DNA from: Lama glama
Lineage: Eukaryota
Assembly (NCBI GenBank): GCA_028534125.1
Contig: CM052818.1
Span: 43,836,001 to 43,900,000, forward strand
Direction: 5' to 3'
Length of the DNA stretch: 64,000 bases
Under the pieces are notes generated by a model. It saw only the letters and a program-made list of their open reading frames with translations. It ran no database searches and was not told the DNA's origin. Of the stretch, positions 26,500 to 40,100 are shown piece after piece; within the stretch, counting starts at the first letter, position 1; every line of letters starts with the position of its first letter. Position numbers and translations under genes: made by a program.

Positions 26500-28570
26500 T
26501 GTTTTGATAGATGATAATTTATAATTTAGACCTTTTTCATCTAATTATAGATTTTTTCTCCAATCAAGATTTCTCTATTGAAAAATGACTTCAACTTTAT
26601 AAATTTTTTAATGGATTAACTGGACTAGAATATTGTTCCTAGTATGAAAATATATAGACACTATGACGTTTTTTTCCAACATTTAAGCCTTCACACCTTT
26701 GCTGTTAAATTTGCACTGGCCTAATCTTTGGATGTGGCTCAAAGACCTTTTTTTTTTTTTAACTTTCATCCAATTACTAGTTGGCAATCCCTATTTTCCT
26801 TTTTGTCTGAAAGTTAATTACAATTCTGTCTCGATCATTATCAAGTTAAATTTCTTTGGTTGTATAGAAACTTCAAAGCACTTGTGAAGTAATCTTCATG
26901 CAGAGTACTTCAGGATTGGTAAGTTTTCTTTTATTCTGGTCTAAACATTTGTAGTTGTCTTCTGCACATCTAATTCACACTTTCAGAGACCTTCCAAAGC
27001 ATTCACACTCACAGCAACAAGACCCCTATTTTGCATTCACTAATTTAAAAGGGATTTAATTAAATAATTAACATAGCAAGTAAATTGTCATAAACAGGTC
27101 TGGGGACAAACAGACTAAATTGGTAAGTATTCATTTGATTGGTGAAGAAAAGAGTATCATACTGGTAGCGTGTGCAAAGAGCAATAGTCAGTCTTGCAAA
27201 GCAGTTAAGAGGAGATGAAGGGAGTTTCCACTGTATTAACAACAACTGAAGCATTGGTAAATTATACATATATTTTTAAAAGCCATAACTTTTGATTGAT
27301 TTTCTGAAATGTGATTAAGATTTGATGTCACTAGTAGGTTCAGTGGTCATTTGTGTTTTCTTCTTCTATAAATTGTTTATTCAAATTTTTCATCCATTTT
27401 AATTGCAATGTTAAACAATTTTTCTCATCACTTTATAAAAGCTTTTTGCACATAATGTCATATATGTTGCAACTCATTTTTCAAACTTGTTCTCCTTGAA
27501 CCTCAATTATGGTATTTTTGTTATTCAGAAGTTTGAAACTTTAATATACTCCAATTTATCACAATTGTTTCCATACTCTCTGGGTTTGAAGTGGAATTTA
27601 GAAATGTCTTCCAAACCCTGTATATAAAAGTACATGTCAGTCTTTTCTTCTAGCATATTTATTGTATGATTTTCTAAATGAATGTAACTAAATGTTGAGT
27701 TTATTTTGTATGGTACAAGTCAAGGACAAAGGTCTTTTCCTCCTCTCCTTCCTCCCCAAGGCGAGTTAGTTGTTCCGAAAGTAATTACAGATCAGCTGTT
27801 TATAGTACCACCTTTATGACATACTGAGCTCCCTCATACACTTGCATACATTTCTGGATTTTCTATTCTGTTTCATTCAGTTATTGATGAACTTCCGTGC
27901 CAACATGGAGGTCTGTTAATTACAGCGGTATCATATTGTATTAAGTTGAAATATTTGGTGAAGCAAGTCTTCCCTTATTATTCTTACTTTTCCACAAATG
28001 TGTTAAGCATTTTAATAAGCTTATTCTCCCAGGGGAACTGAAAAAACTTTTCTCTACTTCACTAAAATTCTTACTTCCATTAAATTGAATACATAGATTA
28101 GTTTAGAAATAACTAGCACCTTTACAAGGTTGAAATTTTTCTATTCAAATACAATGTATTCAAATCTTACATCTGTCTGAAGAATTTTATAATTTTGTTC
28201 ATATAAGCTGTAAATACTTGTATTTAAGCTAATATCTAGTTATATCATATTTTTAATTCTATTCTGATTTGGGTAATTTTTATCATGTTTAATATATAAT
28301 TATTATTACTCTACATGAAAGTTATTAATTTGTAAATATTTTGAAACCCACAAACTTACAATTAGCAAAGCTTTATAAAAATAGTTCAGTTGAAATTCTC
28401 AGATTTCTAGGTTGACAGTCTTCTGTCTAAAAATTATGAATTTGTCTCCTATTTGTCAGTTTTGTTAATTTTGTCTATTTAATTATTTATTTTGTAGTTG
28501 CTCTAGTCTTGAAAATAGCAGAGAAAGAAAAAATAAATAAATAAAACATTATCAAGGGAAAAAGGCAGAT
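26500..28570 (-). mobile_element. Old L1M (L1ME-like) 3'UTR/ORF2 remnants
   Basis: T-rich sequence with antisense L1 ORF2 phrases, e.g. 'tttctggattttctattctgtttcatt', 'ggtgaagcaagtcttcccttattattctt', 'gctctagtcttg'. Boundaries approximate. Confidence 0.7.
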
Positions 28571-28689
28571 ATGAAAGACTAGCCTCTCGAGGTCCACCAT
28601 CTTGTTACCCAAGATCTGAGAAACCATGGGAAAAATTGGAAAAAAATATGTACTGTAAAGATACTTTTTAAAAAGTTCTAAAATAAAGG

Positions 28690-29076
28690 AAGACCTGACT
28701 CTCACCCCATCCACTCCCACCCTCCTCTAGGCTGAGTATACTTCATCCTATCAGCTTTGAGATGGACCATAGGGTTTGCTTTGGCCAATGGAATATGGGT
28801 TCTATTCCAAGCCTAGATCTAAAGCATCCCCATTTTGATGCTTCTGACCTCCTTCATAGGAAAAATATATGCCACATGCCTGGGCTCCAGAATGAAGACA
28901 CCTGGAACATACATCCCAGCCCAGGGCCAGGAGGTGAGCCAAAGTCATCAGAGTACAGCTCTATGCACAGAGTACATAGAGAAGCCACAAACCTAGGTGC
29001 TGATCAGAGAGTGACAAGTGCATGTTTTCACCTTTGTTGGATTTTACGATACCATCACAGTAAAAACTAATATACA
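28690..29076 (+). mobile_element. Old MaLR LTR (MLT1H/I/J-like)
   Basis: 'ttgctttggccaatggaatatggg...cctgggctccagaatgaagacac...aaaactaatataca'. Confidence 0.6.
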
Positions 29077-29099
29077 TGGTACTGCAGGAAAAAAATATG

Positions 29100-29400
29100 A
29101 AAGAAAACACATCAAGGCATATTTTGACAAAGTTTGCAGACTTGAAGTGTAAAAAAGCATACCAGAAATTGGTTTGGGGGCTTACTGAAAAAGGAGACTA
29201 AATTCTTCTGACTCAGACATTGCCTCAGCAATATTAGAAATTGGTGGGAAAAATTTTTTTAATTCTGCAGAGATTTGAAAGGAAGGTTGTATGACCCCAA
29301 ATTTTTCTATAACCAGCAAAGTCATTGTGCCTTAAAGAGAACAACAATGAAATGGTTCTCATGATAAAAGATCTCACAAAGCAGAACATCTGTGATCTTG
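29100..29400 (+). mobile_element. Old L1/HAL1 ORF1-region remnant
   Basis: 'cacatcaaggcatattt', 'ctcagacattgcctcagcaatattaga' and 'ttctataaccagcaaagtcatt' resemble the L1 ORF1 3' half. Confidence 0.5.
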
Positions 29401-29629
29401 AAAACTGTGCTTGAAATAAGAATCAAAATAAAGATGTCATAAGTGAGGAATTTATGGTTTATGAAGAGAAGAAGCAAATATGGAATCAATTTAAACATGG
29501 TATCACATCAGAATAGATACTTTCAAAAGAAAAACTGCTTCATCTAAAATTATAGTTATTGAACTATTATTGTTGTGGTTCACATTTATTCCCTAGTTTC
29601 AGCTTAATATAGATAAAATTTGATTCTCT

Positions 29630-29745
29630 ATTCTTTCTCACTTTCTTTTTTAATCTCTCTCCTTCTTCCTTTCTTCCTTCCTTTCCTCTCTCCCTTCTTT
29701 CTTTCCCTTTCTTTCTTTCTTTCCTTCCTTCCTTCCTTTTTCTGT
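29630..29745. repeat. (TTTC/TTCC)n polypyrimidine tract
   Basis: Nearly pure C/T low-complexity run. Confidence 0.9.
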
Positions 29746-30499
29746 TTTAAGATTTCCACAGAGAACAGTTAGAAAACATTTACTTAGTTCAAAAAATAAA
29801 TTGAATAATTGGAATAATATTTTCCTAGATTGTGTGTGGATATTCTTCACCATTTTCTCTTCATATGAAAAGTATTTTTAATTTTCAAAGTGGCTTATTT
29901 CTCTTCAGCTGAATAGCTTGAAACCATTAGCCAGTCTCTGAGTTTCCATTCTGTCATCTAAATATGGAGATAGAAATTACAAGATGCAGGTTTTCAGTGA
30001 GAATTAAACGAGACACAGTCTGTAACAGTACCTACAGGGAAGGAGTTTGATAGTTGGCTTGTATCTGCACATCTAATGCGGTTGGTACAGTGCCCCTCCC
30101 AGCCATGTAAAAACACTCACTGAATATTTTCATGACCCACCAGACCATAATTTCCTAGGGAACCAGAAAACTGTCTGTTTTATCTTTGCATGTCTGAGTC
30201 TAATACAGTGCCTCGTCCATAACCACCAGCCAGGAGATCTGTACTGAAAAGGATTTAGAGAAGCCCCTCCACACTTCCTCCAAAAGAAAATTTGCTTAGA
30301 AGATGTATTTCTCATCTCTAGTTGTTTCAAATTAGTCTCTCACCAAGGCTATTCAGCTGTATGATTGGCGAGAACAGAGAAGGTCATATCTCTCTTGCTG
30401 TCATGAACCAGCCTGATGCTCCAACAGTTCCCAGTGTGATGCTCTTTCTGGAAAATATTTAGGAGGGCTTTTCTTGATGATCTCTGTAAACACATTTGG

Positions 30500-30700
30500 A
30501 ACATTTAATATATGGCCGACACCATGCTAGATGTTTTCACGACAATTATCTCATTTAATTTTCATTACAATTTTCAAGTTGGGTTTTATCAACCATATTT
30601 TACAGATGAGAAATGGAGCCTTAAATATATTAAGTGGTTTGCCCACAGCTAATAAATGAGTACAGGGTTTGAACCCCAGTCTTTCTGGCCCCCCATCCAG
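30500..30700 (-). mobile_element. MIR SINE
   Basis: 'ttatctcatttaat...attttacagatgagaaatggag...ggtttgaacccc'. Confidence 0.8.
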
Positions 30701-31490
30701 TTCTCAGTCCGTTGTGTTCCAGCTGTCTAACAAAGAACAACTTAGGAAAATACAATCTTTCTGTTTCCTTTTTTCTCTTCCCTCCTTCCTCTCAATATTG
30801 CTCATACAATGGAACGGAATTTGGAGAGAGAAATAAATTCTCTTCTTTTGGAATTTCTTTTCCTTTGGAGTCGTTCCCAGTTCTTGTGTGAACCGTGGTT
30901 CAACTTCTACATCCTCTCTTTGACCCTAACATCCTCTCAGATCCCTTTTCCAAGAATCCTCTCCCACCCCATGTGATGAATCACCTGGTTTGACTCAAGA
31001 CAGAAAACGACAGACTGTAACAATTCCATCCTTATCTACGGGAGAATTCTCTACTATCTACATGTTTAGCCTACATATATTATTGGTGTAAGTGCGCCGA
31101 GGAAACTAACGGATTCGTCTTTAACACACAGAGCATCCAGCAGAAGGTTAAATAAAGTGGCTGTGCTCACTTTTATTCATGTTATCATTCATTCATTTAT
31201 TTACTAGTGTGTGCGCCGCACAAAGCATTCTATTGGACATAAAGAATTCAAAGATAAATGTTATATTCTCTGTACATACAGACACCAGCAGCTTGTAGAA
31301 GGAAATATGCATTACAAAGTATTGTGGGATATTATGTAAGAGATAGTGTGTATAGTATAATTATAAGCTTTGAGACAAATTAACTTGCATTTGAAACCTG
31401 GCTTACACAGTTACTCAGGTATACATTGTCATGCAGGACTCTTAGTTTTTTGTTTTGTTTTTCCCCTGATTGTATCTATTTATTTATTTT

Positions 31491-31640
31491 TAAATTTTAT
31501 TTATTTATATTATTTTTGATCTTTTGTAGGGGGAGGTAATTAGGTTTATTCATCTATTTATGTAATGGAGATACTGGGGCTTGAACCCAGAACCTTGTGC
31601 ATGCTAGGCACGCACTCTACCACTGAGCTACACCCTCCCC
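31491..31640 (-). mobile_element. Vic-1-type camelid tRNA-Ala-derived SINE
   Basis: Reverse complement reads ggggagggtgtagctcagtggtagag...ggttcaagccccagta...aaacctaattacctcccc (Pol III A/B boxes plus tail); 14-bp TSD tatttatttatttt at 31477-31490 and 31641-31654. Confidence 0.92.
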
Positions 31641-31654
31641 TATTTATTTATTTT

Positions 31655-32885
31655 AATCCAATTTATTTTTATTGAAGTGTAGTTTACTTACTATATTATA
31701 TTAGCTTCAGGTGTACAATATGATTAATTTGATATTTTTGCAGATTGTACTCCACATAAAGCTATTATAAAACATTGGCTATATTCTCTGTGCTCTACAT
31801 TACATCTTTGTGTCTTACTTATTTTATAACTGGTGGTTTGTACCTCTTAATCCCCTTTCACCTATCTTGCCCCCCACTTCCCTCTCCCCTCCGGTTTGTT
31901 CTCTGTACCTGTGGGCTTCTTTCTGTTTTGTTATATTCATTCATTTGTTTTACGTTTTAGATTCCACATATAAGTGAAAACATGCTGTATTTGTCTTTCT
32001 CTGTCTGACATTTCATTAAGCATGATACCCTCCAGGTTTATTCATGTTGTTGCAAATGGCAAAATTTCATTCTTTTTTATGGCTGAGTTATATTCCACTG
32101 TATATGTATACTACATTTTATTTATCCATTCATATCTGTTAATGGACACTTAGATTGTTTTCATATCTTGGCGATTGTAAATAATGCAGCTATGAACATT
32201 GGGGTGCATGTATCTTTTTAATTAGTGTTTTTGTTTTCTTTGGGTATATACCCAGGGGTGGAATTTCTGGATCATATGGTAGTTCTATTTTTAATTTTTT
32301 GAGGAACCTCCATACTGTTTCCCATAGTGGCTGCACCAGTTTACATTCCCACCCACCAACAGTGTAGTAAGATTCCCTTTTCTCCACATCCCTGCCAACA
32401 CTTCTCATTTCTTGTCTTTTTCACGATAGTCATTCCAATAGGTGTGAGGTTTTGATTTGCATTTTCCTGATGATTAGTGATGTTGAGCATCTTTTCATGT
32501 GCCTGTGGGCCATCAGATGTCTTCTTCGGAAAAATACTTATTCCTGTCCTCTGCCCATTTTTATGTTTTTATATATATATATATATAGAGTTGCATGAGT
32601 TCTTTATATAGTTTGGTTATTAACCCCTTATCAGATGTATCATTTGCAAATATCTTCTTCCCTTCAGTAGATTGCCTTTCATTTCGTTGATGGTTTTCTT
32701 CACTGTTTAAAAGCTTTTAAGTCTGATTAGGCCCCGTATGTTTATTTGTTTGGTTCCTCTTCCTGAGGAGACAGATTTAAAAAAATATTGCTAACACCTG
32801 TGTCAAAGACTGCACTGCCTATGTTTTGTTCTAGGAGCTTTATAGTTTCAGGTCTTAAATTTAGGTCTGTAGTCCATTCTGATTT
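31655..32885 (-). mobile_element. 5'-truncated L1 (3'UTR plus ORF2 C-terminal part)
   Basis: ORFs 32190-32408 ([24 protein letters not shown]) and 32742-32972 (DLNLRPETIKLLEQNIG) are L1 ORF2 pieces. Confidence 0.95.
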
Positions 32886-33192
32886 CTTTTTTTGAGTTCC
32901 ATTTTTCTTATTTGTAACACTGGAATAATAATATCTACCCATATTGTCATTATAAAAATTAAACAAAAGCACAGCCTAGAAAAAGAAAAACAGCTTATAC
33001 CACATTCTATGCCATGAGAGAAGAGGAGATAATATTTTTTTTTCTCAAAATTAAACTCAGGTTAAGAAACAAAAATAGAGAAAGGTATTTTTATGTGACT
33101 AAATTACACACACACACAAATGAGCTAATGGTACTTAGACTTACATGTTTGATCCAAGAAGACCTGAATTAACTAAAATATTGATAATTAAG

Positions 33193-33194
<2 letters not shown>

Positions 33195-33240
<46 letters not shown>
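33195..33240. repeat. (GT)23 microsatellite
   Basis: Perfect dinucleotide run. Confidence 0.97.
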
Positions 33241-33243
<3 letters not shown>

Positions 33244-34159
33244 CGCAGAGAGAGGGGAGATTTGTAAGACCTTATTTGATTGCCCAGTGAATTGGTTCAA
33301 TCACCACAAGTGTGTTCTGCCATCACATTTAAAGTTACTTTCAATTATTTAAAGTTATCTAAAATTATTTTCTCAGACATCACACATGCCAAAATAGGAG
33401 CTGCATGAGAATATGAATCACACAATGAAACACATTGTCCAGATAAAGTCTAGCACATGGTGGGCTACCTGGTGGAGGTGACCACTATCGTGACACTCAG
33501 AGAATTCAAATATAGGTTATCAATCACTTGGCAAAAGTGTGTCACAGAAAGAACTGGAATGTCTGTGAAGTTTGAGTGAGAAGTTGAGGCTTTATTAGCA
33601 TTCCTTCTTTCTCTGGGAATTTATGCGTCTTAGCCTGACCTCCCCATTCCCTGGGCAAGCAGGATCCTGGCAAATCCATGTAATTCTGCTTTGCTTAGAA
33701 GGAGGGCTCATGGAAACGCGACACCAGCCTTCACACCGCCAGCTCACACTCTGTTAAACCTCACGCGGAAGAGAGATGCGATGAGTTACTTGTGCAGAAT
33801 TTTTAAAATGTGCTCTAGTCCCCATGTTATTTTCTTGTTACTGTTTTTATTTTTGTGTTTAAAAATAGTTACAAGATGGTCGTCTCTAACTTCCGCTGCC
33901 CTCATCCTGCCTCCACAAAGTTAATTGAGGCTTCCTGCTAGTCAGCTCCAACAAGCACTCTCCAGATCCACCCAGGAGGCTCCACAGCCGCCCTGACAGT
34001 GACTCAGGACTGCAGCCGATGAAATGGCAGAAAGTGGCCCCTTCAAGGAAAGACTCCAAATGCCTAATACATGCCGCCGGCCCAGAGACCCCGCTGGCAC
34101 CCCTGCCCTCCAAAAGTGGGGCTGTGCCTCCCGAGGAAACGTCATGCTATTGAAGCCCA

Positions 34160-34330
34160 GTGTGTTTAAGTTCCCTGGGTTTAAATCCTGGCTTTCTACC
34201 TGCATGCCTGTGGACAAGGTCATTAACCTCTTGGGCTCCGTATCTTAAACATGAACCGATGGCAGTGTTAAATGCACGGTGTTAAATGTAAAATACGTAG
34301 TATAGTGCCTGGCACAGAAATGCTCGGTTT
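34160..34330 (+). mobile_element. MIR SINE
   Basis: 'cctgggtttaaatcctggct...ttaacctcttgggctc...tagtgcctggcacag'. Confidence 0.7.
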
Positions 34331-34699
34331 GGTTTGGGTCACTGTTGTTATATTGCTGCTGAAACAAATATTATGAAGCCCTTTTAGCTTCTCAGTCCAA
34401 CTCCACGGTCCCTGCTCACATCCACATCCTGCTTAAGGGCTAATCTAAACCCATGGCCTAAAGCATCTTTTCCCACCGTTTCCCAATTCTCCCTTCTGGC
34501 TTCTGCTACCATGCTTGCCCTTCCATTGTGTTTTTTGTCTTTCTCCTTATATCTGTTGTTCACCACCACTGCTCCAACCTCACAATTCGAGCACAAGGCT
34601 GGTTTGTGGTTCAGCTGGCCCTCAGTCATGCTGGGTAGTATCTCTCCTTACCCTACTCAGGTTTTTTAGCTGTTTCTGTGCCATGAGCTCTTGGCAGTG

Positions 34700-35142
34700 G
34701 GGTGAAGCCTGTGAAATCATTCTCAAAATATCTAAATGTGTAAAATAACCCAAGGATTTAAAAGGGAATCATTTATATATGATTACAGTTATTTATATTA
34801 AAATAAATGCATGATATGTTAATATTTTTGCTTAATATATTAAATTTTAAAAATCTAACAGCAATCTAATTAACACCGTAATTTTGAAGTAGGGGTGGGT
34901 GTCAGCATTTTGAGGTATCTACAACTTTAACGAGATGTGAGAATACCTATGATATTTATTGATTTTATCGGTATTGCAAATAGGATTAGAGTCTCCTATG
35001 TTCAAGATTAAAGGCCGTGCTAAATTTCAGTTGAAAATCAGTTAAAAATAAAGATGTAATTTGTTTATCCATGGTTACAAACTTCGAAATTCTATCCACT
35101 CACTCCCTGGGGGACTCATGGACCGAAAATTAAGAGCCCTTG
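34700..35142. mobile_element. hAT-Charlie DNA transposon remnant (subfamily uncertain)
   Basis: 'gctaaatttcagttgaaaatcagttaaaaataaagatgtaatt...attaagagcccttg', followed by the hAT-type target 'gtctag'. Confidence 0.65.
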
Positions 35143-36339
35143 GTCTAGCCCAGCATTTCCCCGCAGTCCCTGCAGCCAGCATCTCTGGTGAGCTCGCTCT
35201 GGATGTCTGCGTGGGCACCAGACTGTGCTAGGTGCCTGGGGACCCTCTCTTTGGGGATCATGGATTCATCTCTTCACTAAAGATGGAAATCTCCATGTCT
35301 CAAGGCACAGATCAAGCAAGCCTTCCTCGGGAAGCCTTCCCTGACCTCATGGATCCCACGGTTCCGTTTTCTCACATCATGGCTCTAAAGCCTCTGCCCA
35401 GAATTTTTGTTACGATCCCTGAAGTCTCGAGCCACTTGGATTTGATGTTTACTCTTGTTCTAGTCACTGCTCAGAAGTGTTTCCCTTGCCTCGCTGCTGT
35501 ATTTTATCCACCTGAACTGCAGACTCAGTTATAATTATTAACTCAGCAAAATCACTCCGCATAGTACAAAGTTTCTAAGAGATCTCATCTGATTCTTACA
35601 ACAAGTCTCTGTGGGTAGGTACGGGGCAAGCACAGCCTTTATCTTACGCAGGAGGAAAAGCCAGGTGGCTTTCTAAAGGAAGAAATTAGTAAGCCGCCAT
35701 GTAGCACTGGGAGCCCCTTTCTCCTGTCTGTCTTCGCGTCTGCTCCCTCCAACATTACAGAGTCTGGCAATAACAGCAGGTTAGTGAGTGTCAGCGGCTG
35801 ATTCTTTTAACAATTCTCGTCCTCGTAAACCTCCTGAACTACAGCTGAAGAGATCACTCTCTACTCTCTTCAGCGGGGTTGTTCAAGAAATCACTGATCT
35901 CAAATAGGAGTCTTCAAAAAAAGACAAAATATGGAGCCTCTCTCATTGTCCATGCACCTCAGGCTGACCCCGGGTATCCAGTTAAGATTTGCCAAAAGTG
36001 AAAAAGGCAAAGCGTGTAATCACTGCCAAAGAACCTGGAGCCGTTTCATACAACATCCTCATGTTCAAGAGGAAGAAAGAGAATCCAAGAAAGGGAAATG
36101 AGCATCGCCAAGGAGCAGGAGAGGACCTGGGTCAGCAATGTCCCACTGAGATTGTAGGTCAATTTGTTCCGGTAATTAGCATTGCCTTCGCAAATGTAAT
36201 TCATTTTGAAAGATATAATCAGCAGGGATAGTCATGAGTGCCTCCTCTCTGCAAAGCGCTTTCCCAGACAGTCTCGCAAATGACAAAATTATTAAACACA
36301 GTCTTGAATTTCCTCCATGATATGCTTCTTGTATAAAAA

Positions 36340-36800
36340 TATCCATATTATATATTTAAAATCTAGGACTTGATATGGCTACGTGCAAGTATGTGTCTAT
36401 ATATCTGCATATGTAGAAAAACATTTATGCACACTTCCTCATATGAATAATCAGAGATAGCTACACCACACAGATACACACACACAAATGACTGTGATAG
36501 TGTTATACCCTTACACACACATTCACATACACGCTTGCATACTAATACTCTATGTAGAAAGTTAATCAGAAGTATGCATGTATATTGCATGATATTTATA
36601 TATCTGTCAAATATACAATAAGTCTACATTTATGCACATGTTCTGATGCCTGTGAATATACAGAGATGTACAAATATGCATGCATGTCCATATACAAAGC
36701 AGAGAGACACATGTATAATTTAAATATACACTTCTGTTAAACACATAAAATGTGTACACACATACATAGTAATAGATGGCTATAAAGCTACATGAAATAT
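36340..36800. repeat. Degenerate (TA/CA/TG)n low-complexity region
   Basis: Long, imperfect alternating purine-pyrimidine sequence. Confidence 0.6.
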
Positions 36801-37369
36801 TTGTAAGTTCAGTATTTGTTCATTTGGTTTCCTTTCTTGTATCCTTGACATCCTTCACTCCACCTAATTCATCAGTAAACATCCCCTGAGATGGGACTAT
36901 TTCTTAAAATTCCTGCACACACCCTCATGCTTTAAGCCACACGCCCTATTTGGGGTGTTGGCTGTGTTCCAGAGTAGAAGGCTAATGCCCCCAGTCTTCA
37001 GATAGACTGAGGAATTGGAACAAACAGGATAAAGTCTGGGCTGGGAAGAATTCTAGAAACAGCTCCTAAGGACGTCTCATTGAGCTCTGACCGAACCTGT
37101 GGACCCGGGGCTCACACGGTGTTTCCTCAAGTAGACACCTCCAATCAGCCCACGTGACTTTTCAGCCAACCCGACATGTGTGACTGTCAAGAAAGGCCCC
37201 TTTAACCCACCGCCTGAAGGGACAGTTGAGGAAAGTCACATCTGAATCACAAACATTTTGTGAGGAATTACAAAATTAAAGACTATTTATTTATGAAAGT
37301 CGTTTCCTCAAAGAATTAAATATCATTCAAAACAGGTGGGTGGTTTATATAGGTATTCATTTATTCTTT

Positions 37370-37570
37370 AAAATTTGTATTGAAGTACAGTCAGTTTACA
37401 ATGTTGTGTCAATTTCTGGTGTACGGCATCATGTGTCAGTCATACATGTACATACGTATGTTCGTTTTCATATTCTTTTTCATTGTAGGTTAGTACAAGA
37501 TGTTGACTAGGGTTCTCTGTGCTATATTTGCTGTTTATCTGTTTTATGTATAGTACTTAGTAACTGCAGT
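37370..37570 (-). mobile_element. Short L1 3'UTR fragment (artiodactyl type)
   Basis: 'attgaagtacagtcagtttacaatgttgtgtcaatttctggtgtac' is homologous to the L1 tail at 18640-18840 in this window. Confidence 0.85.
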
Positions 37571-38499
37571 TTTGACCAATAACTACTCCCCCCTGCTGTG
37601 ACTTGCTGGACACTGGAAATAGAGAGATGAAAGTTGTCCCCCAGGAACTCACAGTAGGGAGAGAGGTTCCAGCAAAGGAAATTCAGTGGTGCAGGTGCTA
37701 ACCCAGGTGCCACGCTCAGGAAGGGGTCCCCTTGAGGCACGAAGGATGAGGAGGAGTTAGCCAAGAAGGAGAACAGGAAGGGCACCCCAGAGAAAAGGAA
37801 CAGCGTGTGCAGAAACACGCAGGCAAGGAGCGTGGGGCAAAATTGGGGGGAAACAAATCAGCCACGACTAAAGGAAGGAAGCTGGGGAGGAGAGTGGACT
37901 TGTTAAGGGATGGAACTGGACATAAGACAGGACAAGATGGGGAACGTTCCAAAGGACCCAACAGGACATTGCATGTATCTTAAAATAATTAGTCACCACC
38001 ACAGTGTTTCTGTGAGCTTCCAGGGCTCAGTCTGCAATCCCCAAAGCACAGCGACCATAAAGAAGTGTCCACATCATCGTCTTCCACTCTTCATTGGGTG
38101 TCAATTATAGTAGAATAAATTTGATGAGAATTTTATTATGCATCTTTTGAAGTAAGAGTATGTATTACTTAAACCAAGGGGAAGGCAATATTGAAGTTTT
38201 GGCTTATTTACTAAAAATAGGAGAAATGCATGGAAAATCCTCAAAATTCTACATGCGTGGCACACTGCTGTAGTGGAAAGATTGCAGCTTTGGGATAAAA
38301 TGATTGCATTAATGGACCAAAGCACGGTCTCTCCATGTTCAAATAATACATTTACAAGTATGATTTTTAGGGTCCCTCATATCTCCAGAGAGAATCTATT
38401 TTTCTCCCCCTGAATATTCTACCAAACAGATTCAACACAAAAACACAAATGCAATTTTCTCCTTTGTGTTGGCCCCCAGGATGACTTGGATGTGTCTAC

Positions 38500-38840
38500 A
38501 GGATAACTCAGTGCCCGGGCCTGTGAGCCCGCGTTCTTGCCCACGGACTCCTGCCACACCCAGAAAACAAGGCCAGGCTGGCCTGCTGAAGGCTGAGAGG
38601 CCACATGGCAGAGGTCTTCCCAGTTGAGACCATCCAAAATAGGCCGGCCCCAGCCAACCCAGCATCTGACTGAAGACCCAGGATCGAGCCCAGCCCCAAC
38701 CAGCAGAGTCTGGTCCAAATCGGCAGAACGTTCCACCTCGTCCATAGACTAAGGAGCAAAAACTAAAATGTTAGTTTGTCACCGGGGTTTTGTGGCTGGT
38801 TGTTATGCATCAAGGCGGCATCATGGCACTGGATAATTAA
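38500..38840 (+). mobile_element. MaLR LTR (MLT1F/G-like) 3' part
   Basis: 'gagaggccacatggcagag...ggggttttgtggctggttgttatgca...gataattaat'. Confidence 0.55.
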
Positions 38841-38849
38841 TGTGGATTT

Positions 38850-39050
38850 GGAACCCAAAAAATCTAAGCCCTGGGACCTCCACTTCTGACCTATGTGTTC
38901 TTGTAAAGGTGATTTCATCTTTCTGAGCCCCAGTGTTCCTCTCTATAAAATGGGAATAACCTGTCCACCAGCAGGAGTTCGTGAGCATCCGAGTGACAGG
39001 TACAGCAGCAGTATTTAATAATCGCACAGTAACTGGGGCTTTAATGGTCA
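38850..39050 (+). mobile_element. MIR SINE
   Basis: 'ctgagccccagtgttcctctctataaaatgggaataa'. Confidence 0.7.
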
Positions 39051-39809
39051 TTTCTTCTGCATCAATGGCAGTCCTTATCCAGCGGTTCTGACAACACAGA
39101 CTTTTAAAAGACATGCTCTCTGCTGAGGCCAGCAAACCAGCACTGGGCGGTAGTATCTCTTCTTTAAGCCCAACTTGTGAAACCACCAGCTAATTTAAAA
39201 CAGGTTCTTGAGGACAACAGAAGTCCCCACAGCCATCATGAACACAGGACAGGGAGCCGACTGCCCCATCTAAGTGGTGGGAGCTTTCCCTCCTGGGCTG
39301 GACTTGACAACCCGTCTGCATGCCCAGAGCTCAGCAATGGGAGCAACTGGAGAGCCCCATTCAGACCACCCAGAAGCCTTTGCCGATGCACTTGGCCGCC
39401 TCGTTACAGCATGAACTGATGGGAATGCAATGTTCCCGCAGCCTGGGCTGGCCACTGCCCTGACTCTGGCTCTCCGGGTTGCTCCATGGGGGAGGCAACG
39501 CCTTTGATCTACAAAGCCTGCATACACTTTGATCCTGGTCACCTTCGGGTCAGTCTTTCAGCAGCTGGTTCTTCCCAACAGGTCAGTCACCTGTGCCCTG
39601 AGACAGACGTTTAATATTTCCAGATGGAGAGAAATGGGGAGAGATGCTGGATGCGTCTGTGGTGAAGCCAAAAACGCAATTCAGAGGAGATCCGAGATGC
39701 TCAATGCATCTTGTTTTGTCCTTGAGAATTCTGCGAGCCATAGGGAAGGAAGGAATCGAAGGCTCTGATGTCCCACCAGGCACACGGCATTGTTACATCC
39801 ATGATCACA

Positions 39810-40100
39810 GCCAACGTGGAATCCAAGTTGAACTCCAACACATGCTAGCTAAGCTGCTGTGGGGGAAGTTCCTACACTTTTCAAATCTCAGGTTCCCCAT
39901 GTAAGGAATAACAACAATTTCTTTAGTAATAATGTATGTAAAATGCCTGGTATTTAAACACTTGCACACAACATTCTCATACCAACTGCATAATTGGGAC
40001 ATCACCTGCCAGCATAGAGGGGAAGTTACAGATACTCAAGGACCCCAGGTGAATAGGAGGTGGGTGTGAGATTTGAGCCCAGGTCTTCCAGCCTCCAAAT
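39810..40100. mobile_element. Two adjacent MIRs in opposite orientation
   Basis: Plus-strand 'ctcaggttccccatgtaaggaataacaa', then minus-strand 'gagatttgagcccaggtctt'. Confidence 0.55.
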
